From an uncultured Methanosarcinales archaeon (GTDB lineage: Archaea; Nanobdellota; Nanobdellia; Woesearchaeales; DSVV01): a stretch of DNA of 64,000 bases. Location: positions 2,106 to 66,105 of the forward strand of contig CAYVNO010000009.1 of NCBI GenBank assembly GCA_964452935.1. The letters run 5' to 3'. The position numbers were made by a program, and so were the translations under genes. The notes under the pieces are model-generated. The model saw nothing but the letters and a program-made list of their open reading frames with translations, did not search any database and was not told the origin of the DNA. Positions 51,138 to 60,191 of this stretch are shown piece after piece (position 1 is the stretch's first letter; each line of letters begins with the position of its first letter).

Positions 51138-52510
51138 ACCTTCTTCACCTTCCCGTTATCCGCATCTACCTCAACTTTATCTCCGTCTTTAAACACCTTT
51201 GTTGCAACTTTAGTACCAATCACACAAGGCTTTCCCAATTCTCTAGAAACAATTGCTGCATGGCAGGTAATCCCCCCATCATCTGTAACAATTGCTGCAC
51301 TTTTCTTCATAGCAACAATATGTTCAGGTCTTGTCATTCCTATAACAAGCACATCCCCTTCTTCAAAATCATCGGCATCTTCTACCTTCAACACAACCTT
51401 AACATTACCAACAGCCTTTCCAGGAGAAGCACAGAAACCATCCACTTCATCACCCTTAACATTAACTTTAGATGCTTTCTCAAACATATTCTTAGCTTCA
51501 TCACCTATGATCATCTCAACTCCCTCTTTTCTATATACCCACATAACACCTTTCTTTCTCTCTGATAACACATCAACATCTAACTTTCCATTCAACACAT
51601 CTTTAATCTCATCATATTTTGCATATTTTAATAAATCAACATCTACCTTACTCCTCCTAGAAACCTCATCCAAATATTTCTGTGCAAAACTTGAGTGCAT
51701 TAATGTTCTTAATTTTCTATCATCCTGCCACTTAACAAACATCTCTGTTAACTTAACTATCGCCTTTATCTCATCATCAAATTTATACTTCTCAATCAAC
51801 TCTTTTTTCTTCTTAATATTCTCAGTTATATCCAATTCATTACTACTCAAATCACCTTTAATCGCATTCAAAACCTCGTCCTTACAATAAGGCTTTGATC
51901 CGCAATAATTAGAATTAATCCATCTATACTTTGCAATATGTTTATCAATCAAACTAATATCTTTTTTAATCTCAATCAACTCATCATTATACTCTTTCAA
52001 AAATGATTCATTAACAGGTTTTGTTAAAACCTCAAACACTTCCTGCACATTAGAACAATATTTCCCCAACTTCTCAAACAATAATTTATCTGCACCAAAC
52101 ATAAACGCATCCAATAAACCAGGAAAATATAACTTAAAAGTCAGATACTCAAAAAAATCAGTATAAACCTTTACTAACTCTTCATCACCTAACGTCCCTA
52201 AATCCAAAGCCATAAGATCATCATACTTTCTTCTCAAATCAACAAGACCCAGATTCCATTTTGCAATAAGCTTCTCAAAATATTTTCCATCTTCTAAATG
52301 TTTAGCAATAATTGCATTAGTAATTTTCATCTGCATCTCTACATGAGTACAATAATCAAGAACCATATCTTTATAATAACACATAGAAAAATCATACTCA
52401 AACTGAGGAAGAAAAGATGTAGGAAAACCAAGAGCCATAGGCAAAGTAAAAAAAGGAGCACCATCTACATGTTCTACACACCACTCCTTATCAAAATCAA
52501 TCTTTTTCAT
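51134..52510 (-). CDS. Variable domain + phospho-His swivel domain protein (paralog 11; likely start 52510)
   Basis: KYRWINSNY, WQDDRK; DDGGITCHAAIVSRE. Confidence 0.85.
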   Translation of the reverse strand: MKKIDFDKEWCVEHVDGAPFFTLPMALGFPTSFLPQFEYDFSMCYYKDMVLDYCTHVEMQMKITNAIIAKHLEDGKYFEKLIAKWNLGLVDLRRKYDDLMALDLGTLGDEELVKVYTDFFEYLTFKLYFPGLLDAFMFGADKLLFEKLGKYCSNVQEVFEVLTKPVNESFLKEYNDELIEIKKDISLIDKHIAKYRWINSNYCGSKPYCKDEVLNAIKGDLSSNELDITENIKKKKELIEKYKFDDEIKAIVKLTEMFVKWQDDRKLRTLMHSSFAQKYLDEVSRRSKVDVDLLKYAKYDEIKDVLNGKLDVDVLSERKKGVMWVYRKEGVEMIIGDEAKNMFEKASKVNVKGDEVDGFCASPGKAVGNVKVVLKVEDADDFEEGDVLVIGMTRPEHIVAMKKSAAIVTDDGGITCHAAIVSRELGKPCVIGTKVATKVFKDGDKVEVDADNGKVKKV

Positions 52511-52511
52511 C

Positions 52512-53492
52512 TTACATATTACACTGAGCAGCAATAATTGTCATTGTATCTGCCTGAAGTTCCCAAGGCGTACTTCTTCCAAACACACCAACAGGATGTT
52601 TCATACCTGCAATTATCACATAAAACTCGTTATCAGTTAGCTGCATCAATAAATGACCAACAATATTTCCTGCCATAATCTCAGGAAAAACCAAAACATT
52701 AGCATCTCCTTTGACAACTAAATCATCTGCCTTTTTTACAGCAGCATCTGGACTCAAAGCAGCATCTGCCTGCATCTCACCATCTATCACTAAACTAGAA
52801 TCTCTCTCCTTACATATCTTCAACGTCTCCCTAATAGGTTCTAAAACAGGATGTTCTCCAGAACCATGTGTTGAATGAGATAATAAAGCAACCTTTGGAT
52901 CAAAACCCAACCCCTTAACAACATTAACAGCATTAAAAACAATATCTGCCCTCTGCTCAGGCGTTGGTGCAATATTAATTGAACCGTCTGTAAAAAATAT
53001 TAATTTATCATTCTTCTTATCAACCATTGCAGTAATCTCAGAAACAGTTTTAATCCCATCTTTTGTTTTTATTAATTGCAATGCAGGCCTCATAATATCT
53101 GAAGTAGGACAGATACATGAACTAACAACAGCATCGGCCATCCCTTTTACAACCATCATACAACCAAAATAATTAACATCCTTAATCATCTCTTTTGCTT
53201 TCTCTAAATCAACGCCTTTATGTTTTCTTAACTCAAACAACCCTTCGGCTAATTCACTCATTAATTTCTCATCTTTGTAATCTACAATCTCACACTTAGA
53301 AATATCAACACCTAGCTCTTCTGCTTTTTTCCTAACATTACCATTTTCTTCAAGAAGAATAAAATCAGCAACACCATGTTTTAACAACTTATCAACAGCT
53401 TTTAACGGCCTACCATCCCAAGCCTCACAAACAACAATCTTTCTTCTCTTCTCTTTAGCCTTATTAACAAACAATTCCATAACATTTACCAT
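52512..53492 (-). CDS. pta: Phosphate acetyl/butyryltransferase
   Basis: YFGCMMV..GMADA, RPALQLIK, PKVALLSHST.GS, IDGEMQADAAL, ANVLVFP...GNI; divergent C-terminus. Confidence 0.85.
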   Translation of the reverse strand: MVNVMELFVNKAKEKRRKIVVCEAWDGRPLKAVDKLLKHGVADFILLEENGNVRKKAEELGVDISKCEIVDYKDEKLMSELAEGLFELRKHKGVDLEKAKEMIKDVNYFGCMMVVKGMADAVVSSCICPTSDIMRPALQLIKTKDGIKTVSEITAMVDKKNDKLIFFTDGSINIAPTPEQRADIVFNAVNVVKGLGFDPKVALLSHSTHGSGEHPVLEPIRETLKICKERDSSLVIDGEMQADAALSPDAAVKKADDLVVKGDANVLVFPEIMAGNIVGHLLMQLTDNEFYVIIAGMKHPVGVFGRSTPWELQADTMTIIAAQCNM

Positions 53493-53540
53493 TTTGTTCG
53501 CCTCCAGTGAACAAAAATTCGCTTTGGCGAATTAAATCAC
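53493..53540 (-). promoter_or_regulatory. Two-hairpin leader element (copy 2) before pta
   Basis: GTGATTT-AATTCGC CAAA GCGAATT-TTTGTTCAC TGGAG GCGAACAAA-ATG. Confidence 0.6.
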
Positions 53541-53574
53541 ATTTATAAAAGAATACATACATCATATATAAATA

Positions 53575-54948
53575 TTACTCAATCTTTCTCACTCTCCCTT
53601 TATTAGCATCTACCTCAACTTCATCTTCACTCTTAAAAACCTTTGCAGCATCCCTAACACCAACAATACAAGGAATACCTAATTCTCGAGAGACAATTGC
53701 TGCATGACATGTTAATCCGCCTTCTTCTGTAACAATCGCAGCCGCTCTCTCCATCGCAGGCAAAAAATCTGGGTGCGTAGTAATCGCTATCATTATATCT
53801 CCATACAAAACATCATTCAAATCTCCAACGCCTCTAACGATCTTTACTTTACCTTTAGCCATTCCTTTAGATGCACCTAATCCTCTTAATTCATTAACAT
53901 CTTTAACATTCAACTCAAAATTAAACATCTCTTTTGCTACTTTCTCAATATCATCAACAATACAAACAGTCTTTCCATTATCGGCAAACATCATAAAACC
54001 ATTCATTCTTTTATTCACTAAATCTAAATCTACATTTTTTCCATTCAAAGATTCTATTATCTCATCCTCAGTTAAATAAGCCAATTCTTCAATTCTAACT
54101 CCAACTCTTTTAGCCATCTCTAAAAACAAAGGTCTAATAAAGAATATAGTCCTTCTTCTGTAATAATCCCTCATATCTTTCATATAAGCTAAATATCTCA
54201 TCCTATCAAAAACAAATTTGTCTTCGTCATTCAAATTCAACTCTTTAATCGCTTCTTCATAACTCATTCCAATCTCTTCATCAGTATTAATATGACCAAT
54301 AAACCCTAACAAATCCTTCTCATCCCAAGGTTTATTATGCAAATCCAAACAAGGCATCCACTCACATTCCTTCAACAATTTCCTAACTTCATCCCTATTG
54401 TTCTTATCAATCTTAACAGCTCTCTTTCTCAAAGCACTTACAAAATTCTCTTTCTCAGGACTAAACAAAACATTCAAATAAACCCCTCTTTTCTCATTAT
54501 TAACCCCGACAAGTTTCTCAAACAATAAGTTAGCAACCTCTCCAAAAGAATCATTTGCTTTATGAAAATGCCAAACACCAACAGTAAAATCAATCATTCT
54601 CTTTTGATAACCTAAATAATATTTTATCAACTCGGTCTTAGAAAAACCAGAAGGATCTTTCTCAAAAACATCTTTTGAATAATTTAGATAATCATCAGCA
54701 ACCTGAAAAAAGATATTAGTTAACTCTTCATACAACTTCTTATCAAAAACAACTTTAACTAACGCATTGCATACATTCTTAATCTCTTTCTCATCACAAT
54801 AACATACAATATTCTTATTGTCAGGAAAAAGAAAGATATCTAATCCGCCAGGAATAACTCCATCTAACCCTTCTTTCAAAAAACATTTCCAAATATTCTC
54901 ACAATACTGAACACTATACTCTCTTGAAAACTCTCTCTGCCAACTCAT
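53575..54948 (-). CDS. Variable domain + phospho-His swivel domain protein (paralog 12)
   Basis: MKDMRD; EEGGLTCHAAIVSRE. Confidence 0.85.
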   Translation of the reverse strand: MSWQREFSREYSVQYCENIWKCFLKEGLDGVIPGGLDIFLFPDNKNIVCYCDEKEIKNVCNALVKVVFDKKLYEELTNIFFQVADDYLNYSKDVFEKDPSGFSKTELIKYYLGYQKRMIDFTVGVWHFHKANDSFGEVANLLFEKLVGVNNEKRGVYLNVLFSPEKENFVSALRKRAVKIDKNNRDEVRKLLKECEWMPCLDLHNKPWDEKDLLGFIGHINTDEEIGMSYEEAIKELNLNDEDKFVFDRMRYLAYMKDMRDYYRRRTIFFIRPLFLEMAKRVGVRIEELAYLTEDEIIESLNGKNVDLDLVNKRMNGFMMFADNGKTVCIVDDIEKVAKEMFNFELNVKDVNELRGLGASKGMAKGKVKIVRGVGDLNDVLYGDIMIAITTHPDFLPAMERAAAIVTEEGGLTCHAAIVSRELGIPCIVGVRDAAKVFKSEDEVEVDANKGRVRKIE

Positions 54949-56435
54949 ACCTTCCTCACCTTTCCATTGGAAGCATCAACCTCTACCAAATCACCATCTT
55001 TCAAAACCTTTGTAGCTATTTTCGTACCAATTACACAAGGAATACCTAACTCTCTTGAAATAACTGCAGCATGTGCTGTAATCCCTCCTTGTTCTGTAAC
55101 AATCGCTGCCGCTTTATTCATTATCGGAACAAAATCAGGTGTTGTCTGATTTGTAACTAATATTTCTCCTTTCTTAAATCCGCATCCTTTCGGATCTCTA
55201 ACAACTCTCACTACACCTTCAACTAAACCAGAACAAGCTGTAACACCTTCTATAACATCTACATCCCCCAACTCTTCAATAAAATCAGATTCATCTAAAT
55301 ATTTATCATAATCTTTCCCTTCATAAACTGCATACCCTTTAGGAGTGCCATAAACAAAATTCTTTTTTGACCTTAATTTCAACTTCTTCAAATCAAAAGT
55401 CTTTTTAAGAAAAATATATTTTATCTCTGGCTCAACTGTATGATATAACAACTCAAAGTTAATTCCCATTCTTTTAGCCATCTCTTTTATTATCAAATCA
55501 AAGAAATGAGCAAACCTAACAATCCCCATCTTTCTATAATCTTGTATATGTGTCATAAGAGACGACATTTTTATAACTCTATTTAGATAATCATCACCAA
55601 TCGTTTTCAATAACTTCTCTCTCTTTTCATTATTCTCCACAAAAACATGGATATAATCTTCAAATGATCCATTAAACAACTTTTTAGCAAAATCTTTCAC
55701 AGAAAGGACTTTTGGGAAATAACTGTTTTCTACCCAGTAATACCTTTCTTTATGTGAACATAATCTTTCCCAATTCTTCTTATCCTTTTTCAAAGATTCA
55801 TAAAACTCATTAAAATTATCTTTCTTCTTCACATCATCTGAAATCTTAGATAAAGAGATCATCTCTTCATTTGAATAAGAAGGAATCGTCGGAGCAGTTA
55901 ATATTGTTATAATCTCATAAATCTTTTTTTTATCTTTAACATCTAATCTAGAAATAATAAAATCAGACAACCAATCAGATTCTCCAGAAGATAAAAAACA
56001 GTCTGCTAGATAACCAGATCCTGCTTGCCGTAGATTTGCATGATAAATCTTCTTATAAACTTCAAACAACTCTTTATCACTTAACTCACTATAATCCATT
56101 CCTTCAACTTCTTCATACACTGAAAGATTATAATCATGATCTTTCTCCCACCGATTATACAAGATCATAAAGAATCTAAGATCTTTTTTACATTTCTCAA
56201 GAAACAAATTCCTAACTCTTGTAAGCTCTCTGTTGTCCCAAAACCAATCAAACATTAACCCTTTCTGAATAGAATATCCAGATTTAAATCCAAAAGGATA
56301 AAGTTTATTCATAGTATAAACTCCACCATGGATCCCCTGCATAAAAATCAAATGTAACGGACCAGGATATGCTTTCTCTAACCATTCCTTCTTTGGATTA
56401 TTAGTCTTTACCTTTCCTTTTGGTAATCGTTTCAT
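54945..56435 (-). CDS. Variable domain + phospho-His swivel domain protein (paralog 13; likely start 56435)
   Basis: RYYWVENSY, IQDYRK; EQGGITAHAAVISRE; TTTATATA box about 25 nt upstream of MKRLP. Confidence 0.85.
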   Translation of the reverse strand: MKRLPKGKVKTNNPKKEWLEKAYPGPLHLIFMQGIHGGVYTMNKLYPFGFKSGYSIQKGLMFDWFWDNRELTRVRNLFLEKCKKDLRFFMILYNRWEKDHDYNLSVYEEVEGMDYSELSDKELFEVYKKIYHANLRQAGSGYLADCFLSSGESDWLSDFIISRLDVKDKKKIYEIITILTAPTIPSYSNEEMISLSKISDDVKKKDNFNEFYESLKKDKKNWERLCSHKERYYWVENSYFPKVLSVKDFAKKLFNGSFEDYIHVFVENNEKREKLLKTIGDDYLNRVIKMSSLMTHIQDYRKMGIVRFAHFFDLIIKEMAKRMGINFELLYHTVEPEIKYIFLKKTFDLKKLKLRSKKNFVYGTPKGYAVYEGKDYDKYLDESDFIEELGDVDVIEGVTACSGLVEGVVRVVRDPKGCGFKKGEILVTNQTTPDFVPIMNKAAAIVTEQGGITAHAAVISRELGIPCVIGTKIATKVLKDGDLVEVDASNGKVRKV

Positions 56436-56488
56436 ATAAATAACAATACTAAATTCATATATAAACTTTATCAAGAATAAGTATAGAG

Positions 56489-56623
56489 GAATTGCTATTT
56501 GTGTCCTCAGGTCGAAATTCAATAAAATAGCTGGAGATAGTTCGTTGTGAGGGGTTGCTCCCTACGGGAACACAGAACTTTAGAAAATATCATACAGAAT
56601 TTCGAAGACACTTTTAGCAATTC
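56489..56623. ncRNA. Candidate 135-nt rod-shaped structured RNA or palindromic element
   Basis: Nested stems GAATTGCTA/TAGCAATTC, GTGTC/GACAC, TCGAAATTC/GAATTTCGA, AGTTC/GAACT, TGTG/CACA, TCCC/GGGA. Confidence 0.45.
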
Positions 56624-56648
56624 TACTAAACAATAAGAAAATCAAAGC

Positions 56649-56682
56649 GTTGCTGCAGTATCGGCTAAGGCACTGCAGCAAC
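56649..56682 (-). terminator. GC-rich hairpin followed by a U-rich tract, downstream of 56697-58211
   Basis: GTTGCTGCAGT/ACTGCAGCAAC 11-bp perfect stem; TTTGATTTTCTT follows on the minus strand. Confidence 0.55.
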
Positions 56683-56696
56683 ACTTATGAACATGA

Positions 56697-58211
56697 TTAA
56701 ACAGCAATCTTAAATCCCATCTGAGTAGGCAATCTTAATGTTTCATCTCTATGACCCTTGTACCAAGACCTTTCAAAAGCTCTATTTGCTAAATCTCTAT
56801 TATTAAAATAAAACCTATTAGCAGCAGATCTATTTTCAGGAGAAGTATTTCCCCTAAGCATACTTGCATACATTGAATTAATTGTATTATCAGTTCCTGC
56901 TGTCCTAAAGTGAGTTCCATACTTTACATAAATATTATTTCCTCCTCTTGTGTCAACACCTTCCGTAGGTTTTAACATACTTGAAGTTCCCATAATATTG
57001 TAAGTCCTATGACCATCTCTTATCGGTTGATTTAATGCAATTCCATTCTGTCTTCCAACTTTTTTTGATCCAACATCTAAATCAATCTGATCAGCACCTA
57101 ATCCTTTGAATATATAATATAATGGACCACTAATACTTTTTCCAGGATTTGGTGTACCTTCTGAAATAATTTTATTTCCAGCATACATTCTAACTCTTCT
57201 ATCATATAAAGCTGCATTCCTAACATTATTTGCACCAGTACTATGACCAAATAAACCAACAGGAACACCAGTCTTAAAATAACCTAACTCAACTAAGTCT
57301 CCAACTTGTTTGGAAACTATATGTGGATCGTCTTTATTAGAATTATGATCTAAAACAACAGCCCTAACATTTTGTTTCAATAACTCATTTTGTAAAGCAA
57401 ACAATGAACCAATTTCTAACCCTAAACCTTTCAATAAAACAGCCATATAATCTCCTTTCTTTAAATTCTTCATTATCTCACTATTTCTTGCTCTAACAAT
57501 AGGCGTACCTACAAAGTTCTCCATAGCTAATTTAATTTGATAAGGAATATTCATAAGAACATCGTCAATAGCTTGTAACCATCCTCTTTTTCCAATACCA
57601 TCTTTTGCAACCTGTGCTTTAGCTCTTGCTCTTAATTCATTATATGGTCTTAAAGTAATATCAGTATCAGCCTCAACTAACAAACCACTAAAATAAACTT
57701 TTGTTCCATCTTTTAATTTAATAACTTCCTTTGCCTCTTTTTTGCCATCATTAATAACTCCTTCAAGAGTCCTATGTTTATTGGCTTTTTTATTCGCCCA
57801 ATGTTCCCCAGCAATTTCTTCTAATCTAGATAACATCTCCTTTCTATCAGCTCTTTCTTGTGCTCTTCTCTCCCCTTCTAATCTTGCTCTCTTAGATTTA
57901 TACTTAACATTTCCATTCTCTTTCAATCTTGCTGCCTTTCTATCGGCATAAGCTTGTTTTCTATGTTTAATGGCCTCTTTATAATCCCTTAAGTTCGGAT
58001 CCTGAATAGTTTTACCATTCGCATCCTTAACACCTAAATGACCATTCTGATCTGGTTTATTATCATATTGTTTACCCTTAGAATTCCTTCCACCATTATG
58101 TACCTTGGCCTTACTCCATCTTTTTTTAGCCTTATCTTTAGCACTAGCCTTTGCATTCTTAGTACTATTAGAACTCTTACTCGATTTTCTCGCAGTTTTT
58201 GCCTTAGCCAT
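56697..58211 (-). CDS. Lys/Arg-rich N-terminus fused to a divergent alpha/beta-hydrolase-like domain
   Basis: VLLKGL, GLFGHSTGA, GTPNPG, GTHF. Confidence 0.6.
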   Translation of the reverse strand: MAKAKTARKSSKSSNSTKNAKASAKDKAKKRWSKAKVHNGGRNSKGKQYDNKPDQNGHLGVKDANGKTIQDPNLRDYKEAIKHRKQAYADRKAARLKENGNVKYKSKRARLEGERRAQERADRKEMLSRLEEIAGEHWANKKANKHRTLEGVINDGKKEAKEVIKLKDGTKVYFSGLLVEADTDITLRPYNELRARAKAQVAKDGIGKRGWLQAIDDVLMNIPYQIKLAMENFVGTPIVRARNSEIMKNLKKGDYMAVLLKGLGLEIGSLFALQNELLKQNVRAVVLDHNSNKDDPHIVSKQVGDLVELGYFKTGVPVGLFGHSTGANNVRNAALYDRRVRMYAGNKIISEGTPNPGKSISGPLYYIFKGLGADQIDLDVGSKKVGRQNGIALNQPIRDGHRTYNIMGTSSMLKPTEGVDTRGGNNIYVKYGTHFRTAGTDNTINSMYASMLRGNTSPENRSAANRFYFNNRDLANRAFERSWYKGHRDETLRLPTQMGFKIAV

Positions 58212-58346
58212 ATAATATCTATCACATAGCTCCTATATAAATGTTTCGTTTTGTAACTACATAACAGTAATAACATATATATCCTTTCTATATAGAAAAT
58301 AATTCAACAGCAACATTAATATATAACATCTCAACTACATACATAA

Positions 58347-59837
58347 ATGACAATATCAATAGAAGAGATGGCAACTTTCTGTAAAGCCAAAGGCTTTGTC
58401 TATCAAGATAGTGAGATCTACGGCTCTTTATCAGGATTCTGGGACTTTGGTCCTTTAGGTGTTGAACTAAAAAATAACATAAAACAACACTGGTGGAAAA
58501 CATTTGTTCAAAACAGACAAGATGTTGTTGGTATGGATGGTTCTATCATAACCCACAGAAAAATATGGGAAGCATCTGGACATGCAGACTGCTTTGCAGA
58601 TCTAATCCTAACATGTGCAAAATGTAAAAACAAATTAAGAGCAGATATTCACATAGAAGAAGTTCTAAACATTCCAGGAGATGGACTTACAGCAGAGCAG
58701 GTAAATGATATTGTAGAAAAAAACAACTTAAAGTGTCAAAAATGTAACGGAGCATTCTTAAAAGTAAACGATTTCAACCTAATGTTTGAAACACAAGTTG
58801 GCCCATCAAAAGAAAAAACAAATACAACATTCTTAAGACCAGAAACAGCACAACTAATTTTTGCAGACTTTCATCTAATAAAAGAAAACGCAAGACTAAA
58901 ACTACCATTTGGAATTGCACAAATCGGAAAATCATTTAGAAACGAGATCTCACCAAGAGATTTCTTATTCAGAACAAGAGAATTTGAACAAATGGAAATA
59001 GAATTCTTTGTGCATCCTGATAGAATTAATGAATGTCCATTCTTTAATGAAGTAAAGGATATGAAGATTAACATTATCACATCGGCAATGCAACAAAAGA
59101 AACAAAAACATAAAGAGATTACAGTCGACAAACTAACAGAATTCACAAGTAAGTGGCATGCATACTGGTTATCAATTAATTATAAATGGTTTTTAGACTT
59201 AGGAATAAAACCAGAAAATATCAGGATAAGAGAACACCTAGAAAAAGAACTTGCTCATTATGCAGGAGCATGCTTTGATTTAGAATATAACTTCCCTTTT
59301 GGTTGGAAAGAAATTCATGGAAACGCAGACAGAACACAATTCGATATAAAACAACATGTTAAAGCCAGCGGCAAGGACATTAATGTATATGATGAAGAAA
59401 CAAAAGAAAAAATAATCCCTTATGTTGCTTCAGAACCTTCGCAAGGTGTTGAAAGAGCATTTCTCTCATTCATGTTTGACGCATACAATCATGACCCAGA
59501 AAATAAAGAAAGAAATTGGGTTGTTTTAAAACTACATCCAAAATTAACTCCAATAAAAGTTGCAGTCTTTCCATTAGTTAACAAACTAAATGATAAAGCA
59601 AAAGAAATATTCAACTTATTAAAAACAGAATTTGTCTGCACATATGATCGAGGAGGGGCAATCGGAAGAAGATATGCAAGAGCAGATGAAAGAGGGATCC
59701 CTTGTTGTGTAACAATAGACTTTGACACAATTGAAAAGGACAACTCTGTAACAATCAGAGACAGAGACACAACCGAACAAGTTAGAGTAAAAATCCCTGA
59801 ACTAAAAAAATTTCTTAGAGAAGCCCTAGAAAAGTAA
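58347..59837 (+). CDS. glyS: Glycine-tRNA ligase (alpha2 type)
   Basis: SEIYG, DFGPLG, FNLMF, LRPETAQ, FRNEISPR, REFEQME, ELAHYA, IGRRYARADE. Confidence 0.97.
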   Translation: MTISIEEMATFCKAKGFVYQDSEIYGSLSGFWDFGPLGVELKNNIKQHWWKTFVQNRQDVVGMDGSIITHRKIWEASGHADCFADLILTCAKCKNKLRADIHIEEVLNIPGDGLTAEQVNDIVEKNNLKCQKCNGAFLKVNDFNLMFETQVGPSKEKTNTTFLRPETAQLIFADFHLIKENARLKLPFGIAQIGKSFRNEISPRDFLFRTREFEQMEIEFFVHPDRINECPFFNEVKDMKINIITSAMQQKKQKHKEITVDKLTEFTSKWHAYWLSINYKWFLDLGIKPENIRIREHLEKELAHYAGACFDLEYNFPFGWKEIHGNADRTQFDIKQHVKASGKDINVYDEETKEKIIPYVASEPSQGVERAFLSFMFDAYNHDPENKERNWVVLKLHPKLTPIKVAVFPLVNKLNDKAKEIFNLLKTEFVCTYDRGGAIGRRYARADERGIPCCVTIDFDTIEKDNSVTIRDRDTTEQVRVKIPELKKFLREALEK

Positions 59838-60044
59838 TCACTTAAATCTCAGAAACAAATAAGATGCTAATAGAGCTGGCAATACATAATACTTAACATG
59901 GTGTGGAATGAAGAATATACCTACTGCTAACAAAACAAACACAGTATTTACAATATATATGTATTCTTTATCTTTTGTTAAAGATGCCTCTAGAACCCTC
60001 TTTCTATCATACTCTAATAAAGCACCAGACATCACATGTGTCAT
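59838..60044 (-). CDS. Small 2-TM membrane protein (likely start 60044)
   Basis: MTHVMSG... with a GGAGGGTG SD; two hydrophobic segments. Confidence 0.5.
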   Translation of the reverse strand: MTHVMSGALLEYDRKRVLEASLTKDKEYIYIVNTVFVLLAVGIFFIPHHVKYYVLPALLASYLFLRFK

Positions 60045-60191
60045 TTTACACCCTCCGTAGATTCTATAGGCATACATATATATAAATCTTTCGCTTTTGT
60101 TATGCAGAATTGTATAACAAAACACACAGATCAATAAATTTATATATTCCTCAACCCAAAATCACAATATCAACTTAAAAAGAGGGATAAT

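Noticed and set aside
34542-56435. Annotating the paralogs as PEP synthases, PTS enzyme I or pseudogene fragments
   Set aside because: They lack the ATP-grasp and C-terminal PEP/pyruvate barrel, yet are intact, translationally coupled, and conserve the His and central motifs.
34542-56435. Diversity-generating retroelement, integron or CRISPR explanation for the array
   Set aside because: No reverse transcriptase, integrase, TR/VR pair, attC-like spacers or repeat-spacer array is visible in the window.
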